64,000 nt of DNA from Vicugna vicugna. Lineage: Eukaryota. The notes under the pieces are model-generated. The model was not told where the DNA came from. It made no database searches and was given only the letters and a program-made list of their open reading frames with translations. The translations under genes and the position numbers were made by a program. The stretch is from contig MU058528.1 in NCBI GenBank assembly GCA_013265495.1, positions 248,001 to 312,000 on the forward strand. Reading direction: 5' to 3'. Of the stretch, positions 24,013 through 37,640 are shown piece after piece; the stretch's first letter is position 1, and each line of letters opens with the position of its first letter.

Positions 24013-27000
24013 CATAGCATAAAATAGTTAAATGACCCTTGGCCATGGCCACTCAGTTTACTGTAGAATGTTGGTCAAGCCATTTAACCACTTCACTGTT
24101 TCTTAGTTTCCTTATTTGTAGGGTTTGACCAGATGAATGTTTTCCAAACTTCAACCATTTATTTAAGGCTTTTAAGTATTTTTCATATCTACTTAGCCTC
24201 TGATGTTTCTACTGAGCTCTTTGAATTGTATCATGATGCAAAATTACCTTTAAGCTGATTAGGCCATTTAGCAAACATCTCTTTGGTAAATAATGTTAAC
24301 CCTCTGGAGGTTACACATTGGTGAAGGATTATTTTCCTCTTCCTGACAATTTTGTTACCAGATAATATATTACAGTGAATGAATATCTAGGAACAAATTC
24401 TGTCAAATGTGCAAATATTTATTGCATTTCACCAAAACTAAAATATAGTCTATTGTAACATGCACAATAATTCTACAAAGCACTGAGAATAAAAGAAATA
24501 CTGCTAATCATAATTATAAAATGTGATTGATTGTAAGATATATCTAACTCCAGGCATGTTAAAATATGAGAAAATATGCACTGGAAGATTAAAGAAATAA
24601 GGTAGTAGCAACTGAGGACCAAAAGAGGTCATTCATTCTATTCAGAACTTTGCAGGCTGACTTCTGTCCTAAGTGTACTAGCTGTGGCAAGAAAGTCTGC
24701 TCCAAAAGGAACATCAGTGTTCTGATGCCAGTATTCTGATTACAGTGTTCCTGTCACAGACATCCTTGGAGTAAGATCAGGCTACAGGGTCCTCTGTGCG
24801 ATGGGAGGATGCAGGAGCCATGCCGTTCAGGATCCTGAGTGAGGCACCGTGGCTTTGCAGCGCCCCTACAAAGGTGGTAGGGCATCCTAACTCACCGCTT
24901 CTCTGGGATAACATTCGTTTAAACCAATAAAGATGATTTCTAACATCTCTTATACCAATTAACAAAGCATTGGTATAGGTTTGTTTAGGGACACGTTACT
25001 TTTAAAGTATAGTTCTCTTTCGGTATTGAGTCCTGATTAAGTAATAAGCTTTTCTTTTCCTGGAGTGTGGATTAGAAACAACTTGTTCAAAATACACAAC
25101 CTACTGTTTACACTAATGCATTTTAAAATAAATAATCATATCCGCAGTATAAAAACACTTATTTTACAAGAGTAAATTCATTTAGGTAGGAAACTCTACA
25201 TCACTACTGTAACCGAAAAATGGGTAATGATGCTATGAATAGAAATCACCTCTAAAGATGAGTGCGATGCAGCAGAACAACCGTGGGTACCATCGCCTAG
25301 CTAAGCCTCCAAGTTGAGGCCAGTTCCCTCTTTGTTAAAAAAGATGAGCAATTGAGATTCTTTTCCTCGACTTTATTCAGAAGGGGAAAAACTGAAAAGG
25401 CAGTCATTTCCTCACACTGTTATTCAGTTATTTCAGGCTCTGTAAGTGCACCGCCAGCGTCTAGGTCTCGGATTTGTGAAGAAATGCAATTTTTTTTCTC
25501 ATTCTTCTTTTGTAAAGCTGTGGGTGGAAATATATGTCATCTCAGAAAATAGTACGATGGTCATTAATATCTTAAACAGATTAGTTGCTGTGAGTACTCA
25601 AACCAGTGAAGTGTTTATTTTTCTAAGGCACTCATTAATAAATCAGACTATTATAGGCAATAATGAATTTTTTCCTTACACTGCTTATAGTATGCATTTA
25701 TACTATTTATATTACAGATTTTTCAGCTGTATTAAAAATGCAAGCTCAAGCCTCCTGCTTTCCTGGTTTTAGTGAAAAAACCGCCACCATCACAAAAAAA
25801 AAACCAAAAAACCCTAAAACGGAACAAACCCCAAATGGTTTATTTGTCTAAAAATCTTCAGGATTTAATAGGTTTTTTTTTTTTCCCCTCTATCTTACCT
25901 GCCAGTGATGAAGTAGCAGTATGTGGTACAACTTGATTGGGGGCAGCATTCAGCATTAGTTCACTGTTAAAGTTCACATGCTTCAGTGGATAAGCACTTC
26001 AAGTGACCCTTGCAAGAGTCATCAGGATGTCAGCTGAGCTAAAAGAGCCCGTACTGATAACCAGTAGTTTGGTTTTTCATCTTCTTTGCGACATGTCTGG
26101 CAGAGTATCTGCATTCTTTACGACTCGCTGTAGAGAAGGCTATTCTCTCTCTTCCATTCTCTCTTTCTATATATAACTCCCAGGAAAATGAGAAAAAATG
26201 TTTTATGACTTTGGGGAGTGATACAGATTCAAGTGCCTGGAGTTGCTCATTTGTGGACAGCCTCATCCGCACATGTTCAACAGTGGGAAGTGAAGTTCAG
26301 GAACAGATATTTATCCACATAAAAGGAACAAATGCAACCAAGAGTAAAATTAGCAATTAATGGGTGGAGCTTTCATTAATGAATCTCTGATTCCCTAGTG
26401 AAGGACTGTGTACTCATTCTCTTTATTGATTCTCTGTGCTTCCAGACTTCTATCTATCAATGCTCAATAGTCTATGTCTCACTTCCGCGTGCGATAACAT
26501 GATAGTTTATCTCTAAGATAGTAGAATCAACAGCTACAGTCTTCCTCAAAGGCAATATGTGGTTTGACAACTGCCTTTTATCCAGTCCAGAGAAGTAACC
26601 AACAGACCAACAGTGACAATTTTGGCGCTGAGGCAAGAAAGTGACAAAGAGCTTTTTGTTGTAATTTGTAAGGTTTTTTTGTTTGTTTGTTTTTTTGGTA
26701 TGCATTAAACTCTACCATGCAGATGGCTAAGTATGTCACCAATTCTATCTGTAGTAGAGCATAATCTTTCATTAAAATTATAATTTTTGATCACTCTGCT
26801 AAAAAGTTTTTCTTTTCTTGCAAAAGAATGTGTTTCTTATTGAGATACAGGCATGCCAAGTCTGAGCTTTAAAATCCAAAACATACTGTATTATCTAAGA
26901 GCAAATAAAGCCTTGGAAAAAATTATCTGATGGAAAATTACTAGATTGTTTTTTTCCCCTGGTGCCCAAATACATTTTCTTTTAAACATTTATCAGCTAA

Positions 27001-27777
27001 TCATTTTGTAGTTTTAAAGGAAATTAACAATTCTTTGGGAAGACTTGTAGGCCATTAAAATCAGTAATGGCAGTGATGATAACCTTGGAAGTTTAAACTA
27101 TGTATCCATTATTGCTGTCATAAATGTTTGCATTTCTAAATCCATGTGATTTATTTGGCTCATTTTCTTCCATTGAGATATGTCTTGGGTAAACATTAAA
27201 GTCATTATATAACATTAATTCTGTGCAAATTGTAGCAATTTGACAACTGGGTGGTTTGATGTGCAGAAGGATGGGTCGTTGGGGTAGGTGGATAGTTGTA
27301 TTACATGGATGTAGTCACATTTATTAGGATGCAGTAGTTGTATTTTTAGCCAAATTTGTCTTAAATGGTTCCTACCTTTTATATCACTTGTTCTGTGACC
27401 CAGGCTTGTTCTGAGGTGTAATTAAGTCGCACACTCAGGACAGAAAGGCCTGGCCGAGAGGGAGAGCAGGCAAAGCAGTGAGTGTATATTGTGAGTTACA
27501 TTGGCTGTAAGACTGGGATGATCAAATTCATGAAGCAAATAACTCTTTTTCCTGGCAAATAGGAGGTGCACAACCAGTGCTAAGTTTCATGAATATTTTA
27601 ATCTTACAGCTTGAAATTATCCAGCAGATGTTAGAATTTGAGGATATGGTGACTGGAATTGTGTTGAACAGAATTAATGATAATTCGTGTTGTACTGACC
27701 TGAATTCAATATATTTCTCTTTTTTCTTAGGCTAATTCCCTCTTTCAGAAATGTTTTTTTTCCAGCATCATCTCAGA

Positions 27778-27905
27778 TTTTATTTTTATTTTTATTTTAA
27801 ATTGAAGTATAGTCAATCACAATGTGTCAGTTTCTGGTGTACAGCATAATGTCCCAATCATGTGCATATATATATATGTGTACACACACATATATTCATA
27901 TTATT
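27778..27905 (-). mobile_element. Very short camelid-type L1 3' tail
   Basis: 'aattgaagtatagtcaatcacaatgtgtcagtttctggtgtacagcataatgtcccaatcatg' preceded by a T-rich tail. Confidence 0.85.
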
Positions 27906-30429
27906 ATTTTAGCAAGGCCAAAATCAGGTATGATGAGGTCGAGCCGGAGCTATGTACTCTAGAATCAAGGGATTTATTTCCAGCTCTGGCTTTGCCACTT
28001 ATTTGCTGGAAATGAAGGTGCTCTGCTGTGAGGTCTGTGACCTCACCAGGTGTCAGATACAGCAACTGACCCGATTAGATCATCTGTGCCACCTCCCTTC
28101 CTCACCTCTCCTGGACCATATCTTCCAGAGTCAGGAAAGACAGTGGTGCAACTCTGCCATTCAGGACATTTGATCAGCGAGGCTCCCCTGTTAAAAACTC
28201 CCTGAACTGATGATTGACCTTGCTTTAGAACAGATTCTTCCCTTTTGCCATCTCCACAACAGCGGTAGCGAAGTTGTGATCAGCTGCCTGTGGGGTAGCA
28301 TAGAAAAGCCCTCCAGGCTTTTCAGCCCAGTAAACATCACACAATCCTTTCTGCTGTTTTTAAGAACCATTCTACGTTAACTCAGACACCACAGCAGCCA
28401 TTCGAAGTCAAAGACTAACAGATGATGCTGACATTACATAGTTCTCAGAAGGCAAAATGAAACAAAAATTTAAAATAAACAAACCACCTCCACCACCACA
28501 AACAATTGTGAAAGCCGTGTCAAAATAAAATATACTCCTGAAAACTTCCTATGAGCCTGAGACCCTCAGGTTCCTCCCTGCGAGTGGAAGTCCATTGGGA
28601 AGCCTGGGCTCAGCTCCAAAACCTTGTCATGTGTGCATTATTTCATGACCTCTTCTTCGAGGAGTGGGGATGCCGTGTCGGTTTCAGGGTGCCTGCACCA
28701 TTTCCATTGCCACATCCAAGACACCTTCTTCCCTCAGGTGCCTCCCAGGGCCCTCCTCATATCTTGGTGGAGGGCATGCTAGCTTACCAGGGTCCTATAC
28801 AGGGTCGCAGGTTGAAATCTGGTTGGCTTTGATTTTCCCTGGGAATTTCATCCTCATCTCCAATTCTTCCTCTCCATCCAAACTTTCTAAAGTGTTAAAC
28901 AAGTAATATTTTATGATTCACGATAATATTCTAATGGGACTGATGGCATTCGCCTAATTTGGGGGGATGCATTATTTTTGCCAGTGGCCTTTTGAGAACA
29001 TGTAATGCACTGCCTTTCCTTTCTAAATGCAGAGATGATTCCCTATTCCCACTCCCCATTTTGCTGTATTTTTTTCAGTTCAGTTCAGGAAGGGAGACAG
29101 AGTCAAAGAAGTGATGGTATTGCTCCTAATGGCGTTTTATAGATAGTCAACTACTTGCCTATTAAAGCTTACTCTGCTATAAAAGCCATTTTATACTTTA
29201 TACTCTTTTGTATGCTCATGAGATTTTTTTTTTTGTGAGGGTAAATTAGTTTTATAACCATTTCCAGGGCCATGACATGGCTTTTCATTCTAAAAGAAAA
29301 AAGTGAAGGAAGGGCTTGGGAGAGTATTAACATTGTTTCCTAATCTGAGAACACTCCCAGGTGCAGTTCTGCTTACTAATACCTGGATTCCCGGGTTGCA
29401 GTAAATTTAGCATCCTTCTGGCCAGCTTGTCCTTGCTCCTTGCTCCTAAACAGATGTCCTGGCTCTGCACTCCGATTCCCACCTAGCCGCTCTTGGCTGC
29501 GGCATCACTTGTTTCTCAGCACAAGTTTCTCCTGGGGCAGAGGGAGGCCAATTCCCAACCCCTGAGAAGGTTTTTGAATAATCTTTGCTCTTGTTCTTTT
29601 CTGCTTAATCACCGTATCATTTACTTCTTTCTATTGCTGCTACCCCTGCCTCATCTCCCATTTCAGAAACAAGAACCCACCTCTTCTAGAAGGCATAAGA
29701 TTTTCTTTCTGCTGCTACCCAGGATCAGAGACTATATTTTATTAGTCTTGAAATCCTCAGCACACAATAGTAACTAACACAGTGGGTTAAATAAGTCGAT
29801 AAAGTTCCCAGTGCTGCTGAATGTACGTTTCAGAAATCGCTCAATTCTCTAAGAAGAAACCGAAGAATAGGGCTTTTATCAGTTCACTCATTTCCTTACT
29901 CCCATGTTCACTTTACATGGTTTACTTTTAGTTGTCTTAACTAATGTATGAGAACAGAAACCATAAATTCATTAATATGCAATTGAATCCCCAAACCATT
30001 TGACTTTGGAATACATTCTGTGTTTACATGCAGATTCGTAAGTCTAAAGCCTGGGAGAGACACTCCCAATAAATCAAGAGGTCTGAACGTCTCCCAGTTT
30101 GGGAGGAACTGGGACTATCTCCAATTCTCTCTGCTATTTTTCTCTCCCTCCCTCCCCATTCTATACATAAACATCTTGGTCTCATTCTGAAGCAAAGAAT
30201 GAGCAGAAGTGCCTTCTCAGATTTTTACTGGAAAAGAGAGACGTTTAAGTATCTGGGGATAAAGGGCTTCTTCGCATGTACGTTCAAAATAATTAGACTC
30301 AAACGCCCTTGGACAAACAATGTACGTACTGAGTGCACTACATGCCCGGGGTATAAGGGAGATAAAGACAGAGGTTGATCTTAATGCAGGGGATGCAAAC
30401 CACACCAGACAGAGAAATTACATGGAAGA

Positions 30430-30880
30430 CAGTAATAATAGCCACCAGTGTGACACTGACAAAGAAAGCTCTGGGCCTTCAGAGAAAGGATAGTTCGTTT
30501 CATCTGGGGGCAAAAAGGAGTGACTAATAGTTGGGGCAATTTTTACCTAGACCTGGGGTTATGGAATGATTGTACGGGTGAGTGAGTTAAAGGCATTCCA
30601 GACTGAGGGAATGGCCTGAACAAAGGGGTAGAGGCAAAACATAGCCATCTGTGTCCAGAGAACAGGATAAATATATGAACATAGTGATGTATAAGAGAGG
30701 AGAACAGTATAGTGATTTCACAGTATGTTTCCCATTGCTGAATGAGCAAAGGCAAGGCATGGCGGATCACTAAAATGGAAGGAGTTTACAGGATGACTAG
30801 ACAGCTGAGGTCAGGAAAGCCAACTAAAAAGTATTTGCAGAAGGAGAAAAATACAAAGTAAAAAGTCTTTGAATAGGGTG
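30430..30880 (-). mobile_element. Degenerate L2 LINE fragment
   Basis: 'aaggcattccagactgagggaatggcctgaacaaaggggtagaggc' is a typical L2 segment. Confidence 0.5.
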
Positions 30881-30885
30881 GCAAC

Positions 30886-31056
30886 CAGGACCAGCTTCCC
30901 AGAACCCCGTGGAGTTCCACACAGGGACCCAGTCTAAGAGGGCCTCAGGCTTGCTGTAATGTTCTGCTATTACTGCCTGGAAATTCTTAATTTTTGAACA
31001 AGGGGTTCTACACTTTCATTTTGCCCTGGGCCCTGCAGATTGTGTAGCTGATTCTA
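30886..31056 (+). mobile_element. MER91A-like hAT-Tip100 DNA transposon
   Basis: 'gaaattcttaatttttgaacaaggggttctacactttcattttgccctgggccctgcagattgtgtagctg' matches the remembered MER91A consensus. Confidence 0.75.
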
Positions 31057-31911
31057 CTGCTCAACAATGGAAGTTAATGAAGGGGCCGTGCACAGGGACA
31101 TGACAAAGGTGAATCAGATGTGACTGGTGACCACAGAGTAAAAATCTGCAGGGGCGTAAATCGGGCCAGGGGATTACTCTGATCAGGTGGTCTGTTTGGA
31201 AACATTGTGTTTAAAGTATTGAAGGCCAGAGGCACAAAACAGGGTAAGGTGTACATGACACAGTGGTGAAGAAAGTGTCAATGGTGGGCAGAAAGAAGGA
31301 AGGCACGGATTCTAGAAATCAGGGCAGAAAAAATGGGGAACTTGAAATCCAGCAACAGGACAGGTGATGTGCATTAAGTGGAGAAGAAAAGGAGAAGACT
31401 TGAGAGGCCCTAGTGATGTTGACTCTGTAGGGTGGGGCCTCTGTGAAGGAGAAAGAAACTTCTTGACAGGAAGATGTCTTCCAGGTTAGCTGTGGCAGAA
31501 GAGGCTGACCCAGGCAGGACCTGGAAATGGGCCCTCCTGCAGGGAATGGATGAGCCACTTCTCTTTCTAGTCCTGTGCTTCTCAAAGCGGGTAGAAGCTT
31601 CTCTGGTTCTTAAAGCCACAGGAAAAAGTGCGCACATTCCTGAAGACTTGACTTTAGGTGTAGATGTAGGGGGATGTTTATATTAAGACAAACTACTGAA
31701 TTACGAAATTGGAAGAAACATGCACACAGATTTTTATCTTCTCTTTGTTTTGCTTATGTATTCGTATCTTTTTGTAATTTTGCCCCTTTTCTCTCTCTCT
31801 TTTATTTATGTATTCATGTTTGTGTTTATAATTTTGTACCATGTTTTTTCCAGAGGAAATGTAAGCTGGCTTGCCTGAATGCCTAACAACACAACTCGAT
31901 TAATTAATGTA

Positions 31912-32030
31912 CTTTTTGTTTGTTTGTTTGGGGGGTATAATTAGGTTTATACCTATTTATTTTTTAAGTGGAGGTACTGGGGAATCAACCCAGAACCTCG
32001 TGCATGCTAAGCACGCACTCTACCCCCTCT
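31912..32030 (-). mobile_element. Camelid tRNA-derived SINE (Vic-1-like)
   Basis: 'taattaggttta...tatttattttttaagtggaggtactggggaatcaacccagaacctcgtgcatgctaagcacgcactctacc'; degenerate B-box on the minus strand. Confidence 0.85.
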
Positions 32031-32064
32031 GCCCGCGTTCATGCGGATGGTTTTCAACGCGATG

Positions 32065-32179
32065 GTTGAAAAGAATATGAAAATGAATGTATGTATGTAC
32101 ATGCATGACTGGGACATTGTGCTGCACACCAGAAATTGACACATGGTAACTGACTATGCTTCAATTAAAAAAAAAAAAG
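32065..32179 (+). mobile_element. Short camelid-type L1 3' tail with poly(A)
   Basis: 'gaaaagaatatgaaaatgaat...catgactgggacattgtgctgcacaccagaaattgacacatggtaactgactatgcttcaattaaaaaaaaaaaa'. Confidence 0.88.
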
Positions 32180-33713
32180 ATAAACCTTGAAACTTGAAAG
32201 ACATTTCTACTCATAGCAGCTCGCTTACCCCACTCTCTCCAGCTCACCGGGTAACGTTCAGGGACTGTCTGGCAAGGCTCTCCACCTGTGGCAGAGAGCT
32301 TGAGCATCACCTGGGGAGTTTTGAAAACTCCCCCATGCCCCTCTCTAACATGCAGGAATATAGCTATGCTTTGAGACAACCCCAATCAGTGTCCATTGAA
32401 CAAGGGCCTTCAAGCTGGAGAGGAGTGAGCTGTAGCTTTTAAATGAGGCCATGTGACAATTGCTCTCTTCTAAGAGTGGCAGAGCTAGGAAGCCAGAGGG
32501 AATGTGGATCCTCGAAGTCACCCTTACTTCAGCCTTGGACTTCCTGTCGTCTGGGAAAAAAAAATTGAAGCGGCGATCGACTGAGTTTTCTATTCTTCGT
32601 AGCTCAGTGGGTAATTTCTGGCTAACTCCTGGGGTGTCTCAGAGAAACTAAGGACAGTAATGTGATCAGGTCTCAAGAATGGCCAGAACAAATGAAGCCA
32701 GGGCGCTCTTCATTTCTGCTTTTCTTTCTGCTTTGACTTCATTCTTCACTTGCAGCGGAGTGGACTTTGTGGTGAAAACATGGCCGCTCTAACTCCCAGC
32801 GTTACTGCTGATAGCTCCTGCCACCAGGCTCACCAGGCCTGAGGCATGGTTTCCTTGTCTTGGCTTAGGTACGATTCCATTTCTGTATCAATCAGTTTTG
32901 GTCAGAGAACTGAAATCTTTTAAGAACTTAACAGTTCCCAGAAAAAAACATAAGGATGGGGAAAGTGCGGGGGAGGCTCTCGGCAGCATTGGAACTGGGG
33001 CACTCTGGGAACGTAGGTCAACAGCTCTCCATTATAGCTGCACTGGTACCAGGAGCAAGCTATACTGTATGCCCGCTATGAGCTTCGTATTTTATGCGGT
33101 TGGGGGAAGAGCAGTTGTCTCATCCTTTTTTATTTCTAATTTTTGTGGCTTATTTTTAGTACCCAGGCTTAATACGTTTGCGCAAAATAGGAGATATCAG
33201 ATTTTCATGACGTGATACATTTCGGTAATTTCAGAAAGCAGAAAATACTGAAGTTTTTTCAGTCCAAGTGATTCTTTTGAAGAGCACTTCAATTTGTATG
33301 TTAACCAGTTCTGCACTGCCTTCCCATAAAAACTAGAATAAACCGCCCCAGCATTTGAAGATGCATCCTTCGCTTTTTTTGTAACAGAAGTTTCTATCTT
33401 TCCACATCCCTTTAGTGATCTCACTGTTTACTGTTCAAACTGTATAGAGCACCTGTTTAATTGCTTGTGTAAATAGTGGATTATTGGAAGGTTGGAATTA
33501 TTTGTGTTTCAAAATTTATATTCACTTACTACCTATGTAAAACTCTGCACAATTGTGTCATTATTGCTGTGGATACTGTATCAGTTAATATTTCAAATAA
33601 GAAGGAAGCTGTTTCTCTTCTTTACATGTTTGTCACATTATTACTCTAGGTCTATTGATATTCGTTAAACAGAAATCCTTCAATGTGTGACACTTTCTTG
33701 CTGGAATCCAGTC

Positions 33714-34198
33714 TGTGGCAGACTGTACATCCTAAAAAGTGCCACACCAATGTATATAACCCAGTCCACATGCTCTTCTTATAATATGACATGCCCCTCT
33801 CGATCCTAAGTTTGGGATGATGGTCTGTTTCTTTGAATCTGGGTGGGTTTTTAAATGCCTCGACCAATAGAATGTGGCAGAAATGGTGCAGTGTGACTTC
33901 TGAGACTAGAGCACAGGATATGATATGGCTTCTTCTTTGGTCTCTCTTATATTTCCTTTGGGACCTCACTGCCATATTGTGAGCCAGTAACGTAGGGTGG
34001 CCAGAGGTAGCTGTTCCAGGCTGCAGCTGCAGTGAAATTTCCAGCTGACAGCCAACGTCAACCGTCAGACATGTGTGTCAACAAGACTTCATACCATTTC
34101 AGAACCCAGCCTTTCAAGTCCTCTCACTGTAACCCTAGGTTATTTTATGCTATTAATTTGGGGAGTAATTTTTTTACACAACCATAGACCTGGAACTC
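33714..34198 (+). mobile_element. MaLR solo LTR (MLT1F/G-like)
   Basis: TG start 'tgtggcagactgt'; 'ccaatagaatgtggcagaaatggtgcagtgtgacttctgagactag'; end 'ttggggagtaattttttacacaaccatagacctggaac'. Confidence 0.78.
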
Positions 34199-35519
34199 AG
34201 TCCATTCTGTTTCTGAAAGACATTTAGGGTGGAAAACAGTAAATATAAATTAAGGTCTTTCTAATAATTCTACACCCTATATAACACAAGAATCCTTAAT
34301 TTTAGTCACAACTAGCTATTCTAAGGTAGATGTTTAGATATAGTACTCCCATTTGGAGTAGTTTACTAAGTATTAAATGATAAACTTACTGCTTACTAAC
34401 TACTGAGTTATAAAAATTATCCCAAGATGATTGTCTCCCACTGATTTGAAATGTTAGAACTCTAATAATCTAGAAAAAATATATTTTGGAGAAGGAAGAC
34501 CCAAGGAGATGTTCCTGTGATGAAATGTTGGAATGGGTGACTGACAGAGGCAGGGTTACACTCATCTCTAAGATTATTTGAAAGTGACCACAGATTTATC
34601 CAGCCTAGTTTTATTCAGAGAATAGACATATAGATTAGAACAGTGTTTGAAGTCTTGTATTGCTTTCTTTTCATGGCTTTGGAAAGTCCTCAATTTACCA
34701 ATTACTTATGATGAGAAAATTACACATTGAAGACACAATGGCTAAATATCAATTTTGATTAACACTCATGAAAAGGAAGTTACAATCTTGCATGTAGAGT
34801 TTTAATATCCTATGTACAAAATAGAGCTCTATATTATGGCTTCTTAGACTGGACTACACTGTGCTTCCCAATATTTTGAAAATTACTTAGATTGCAAACT
34901 TAAGATTTTCTCTAATGTATAAAGTTTTGAATTCTATTTGTACTGCATTTGGTTTGCTTTCTGAAGAACTTCTCAATTATCATTGTATAGTAGATATAAT
35001 GGCAGCTCTATATCCCTGAGATTGAAGCACATCTTTGCTTTGGCATGCCCACTCAGTCTTTTGTTTTTTGGTTTGGACTGTTTTCATATTAAGCTTTGTA
35101 TCTTCAGATATCTGTTGCTACCTGGTCAAACCCTTACACTGAGAGCAAGGCTTCATAGCCACTTCACAAGTTACTTAGAACTCATTTATTTATAAACTAT
35201 GTACATAGATTTTCTTAATAACTCTACAATACTCAGATTTCCTTGTTGCCCACAAGTCACTGGATACTCAAGTTGGTAATGGAGACACTCGTACCGGTAA
35301 GCTATTCAAAAGCCCTTCTTAACTCTTTCAAAGCAGAAACAAACTGACATGGTAGCCAACAAGTTGGAAAGAAAACTTTTAGGGAAAATAGTTGTGAAGT
35401 TAAGAACAGTTCTTGTGAGCTTGCTTTAGCTCCAGCGGCTCAGCCAGAGACTTGTTTTTACTTTCTGTCCCTTAACACGCTGGACTGATATTTCCCCTGG
35501 TAGTCAGTCTGTCCCACAG

Positions 35520-36375
35520 GGAACTCATTTATTCCCCTCCTCCAAAATCAGAACTCTCCCTTCTATATTTCCTGTCTCAATTATAACCCAACCAAATATC
35601 CAAGCGTTTAAGCCAGAGAAGTAAGGGTAATCCTAGACCCTTCCTCTTTCTCACCCATCAGCCCAGTTCCTTTCCAAATCCTGCGATCTCTGTAATCATT
35701 TCTCCAATCTCCCTCCTTCCCGTCTCTATTTGCCACTGCCCTACCTCTGATCTGGATCCTTGTAGCATCTGCCTATGGTCTGTCTCCCTGCTCTGCTCAT
35801 GATCTCTTAGATACATCTCCACTAGGTCATCGGAGGATCTATACAAATGCAAATCAGATCCTGTCAATGCATTGCTTGAAGCTAATCAAAAGCTTTTTAC
35901 CACCTACAAGATAAAGTAAAATGTACTCACATGGCATGCAGGAACCTCTGTAACTGTCTTGTCAGTCATTGTTTGTTTGTTTGTTTTGCTTTTTTTTTTC
36001 ACCTAGAACCCAACATGGATGCTAAACTTCCTGTGATTTCCCCCAAACACCGTGAGTCGGTGAGTTTTCCATCTTTGTGCACTTGCTCATGAGATTGCTT
36101 CCACTGGTGTCCTTTCTGTACATCCCAGCTGAGGCAGCACCCGGTCCAGGAAGGCTTCCCGCTTTTCTTCAGTCACAATGCTTTTAATCCGGGCACCTAC
36201 AAATCGCAGGGACTTCTTTCATAGCACTTACTTCATTGTACTGATATTTTTGTTTAGATGGTGATCTCCCCTATTAGAAGTAGTCTAATTTTTGAAGCTA
36301 TGGAAAACTTTGTTTTGTACTACTGTTTCTGGTACAAACAGGAATTGGTTGAGCTGATGTAAACTGAATGAATGG
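35520..36375 (+). mobile_element. L2 LINE fragment
   Basis: 'gtaatcctagacccttcctctttctcacc', 'aaatgcaaatcagatcctgtca' and an end at 'aactgaatgaatg'. Confidence 0.7.
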
Positions 36376-36619
36376 GAACATACACTCTTGTTTGAATAAT
36401 CACAAGATCCTTAACCAAACTTATTTCCCTGAGCCTGGTTACCAGAACCTAAGCATTCAAGAAATACTTGTTTTATCTAACTGAATGGACATATTTTGAT
36501 TTTTTTTTCTTAAAAAGAAATGAGAGAATTTTATCTGTAACAGGCAGTTTTACTGGTTGGGCTGGGACAATTTTACAAAGTGAAAAGAACAACTTCTCAC
36601 TCCCCACAACCTCTACCCA

Positions 36620-36920
36620 TCTGCATTAGTTCCCTTTTGCTGTTATAACAAATTGCCATACACTTAGCGGCTTAAAACAACACAAATTTATTATCATATA
36701 GTTCTGGAGGTTAGAAGTCCAAAACGGAGCAGCAGGGCTCTGTTCCTTTTGAAGCTCTAGGGGAGAATTATTTCTTTGCCTTTTCCGGCTTTCAGCAGCT
36801 GTCTCATTCCTTGGCTTGTGGTCAAGAAGATGCATCATCACATCTCTGACTCTGACTCTCCTCCTACCTCCCTCTTTTCTTTAATAAGGACCCTGGTGAT
36901 CACATTGGGATGCATGGGAA
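36620..36920 (-). mobile_element. MaLR LTR (MLT1C/D-like)
   Basis: 'tgctgttataacaaattgccatacacttagcggcttaaaacaacacaaatttattatcatatagttctggaggttagaagtcc'. Confidence 0.85.
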
Positions 36921-37640
36921 ACTAGACAATACCAAATGCTGGCAATGCTATCAAGAAAGAAGGATCGTTAGACAAACTGGTACCGCTCCTTTGGAAACCG
37001 GTTTGGCAACACCTTATCAACTTGGAAATGTCCATACTCTGGATCACCAATTCCATTCCTAGAGTATATTCACTAGAGATGCTGTTGTATGTTTCTGCCA
37101 GGGGTCCCATATGAGACCGTTCATGTTAGCATTGCTCATTAAGAGTGAAAACCAGGCACAACCCTATGTCCATCAGTTGAAGAGGTGAAAAACAAATGGT
37201 TGTATATAAATACATACAACAAAATGGTTTGCAGCAGTGAAAATGAATCACCTGTACCTACACAATCAACATGTATGGCATTTAGAATCATACAGTGCCT
37301 AACCCAAAAACAGGTGATGAATACATATGAAATGACTCCATTTGTGTAAATGGCAAAATGAGTAAAATTAAACAAGAGCAATCACAGATGTGTCTGTCTC
37401 TATGTGTGGTAATTTCTTTTAAAGCAGAGGAAAGACAAAAATTTGAAATAGTAGTTACCTATGATGGAGAGCGGGATCCTATCAGATTGGAGATAGGAGA
37501 CTTCAAATCTACATGGTGATATTCTATTTTTAGGCACAGCAGTGGAGGAACATGGATGTTTATTTTTCTAATATTGTTTATAATGAATATATGTTATACA
37601 TATATGTTTATGATAAAATATTCATAATAAAAAAGTTATT
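36921..37640 (+). mobile_element. Ancient L1 (L1ME-like) ORF2 end plus 3' UTR
   Basis: 'agacaataccaaatgctggcaa', 'caattccattcctagagtatattcactagaga', 'atatgaaatgactccatttgtgtaaa'. Confidence 0.7.

Noticed and set aside
32065..32179. A few apparent A->G differences in this L1 tail
   Set aside because: Too few to distinguish from ordinary divergence, unlike the dense cluster at 39.1-39.7 kb.
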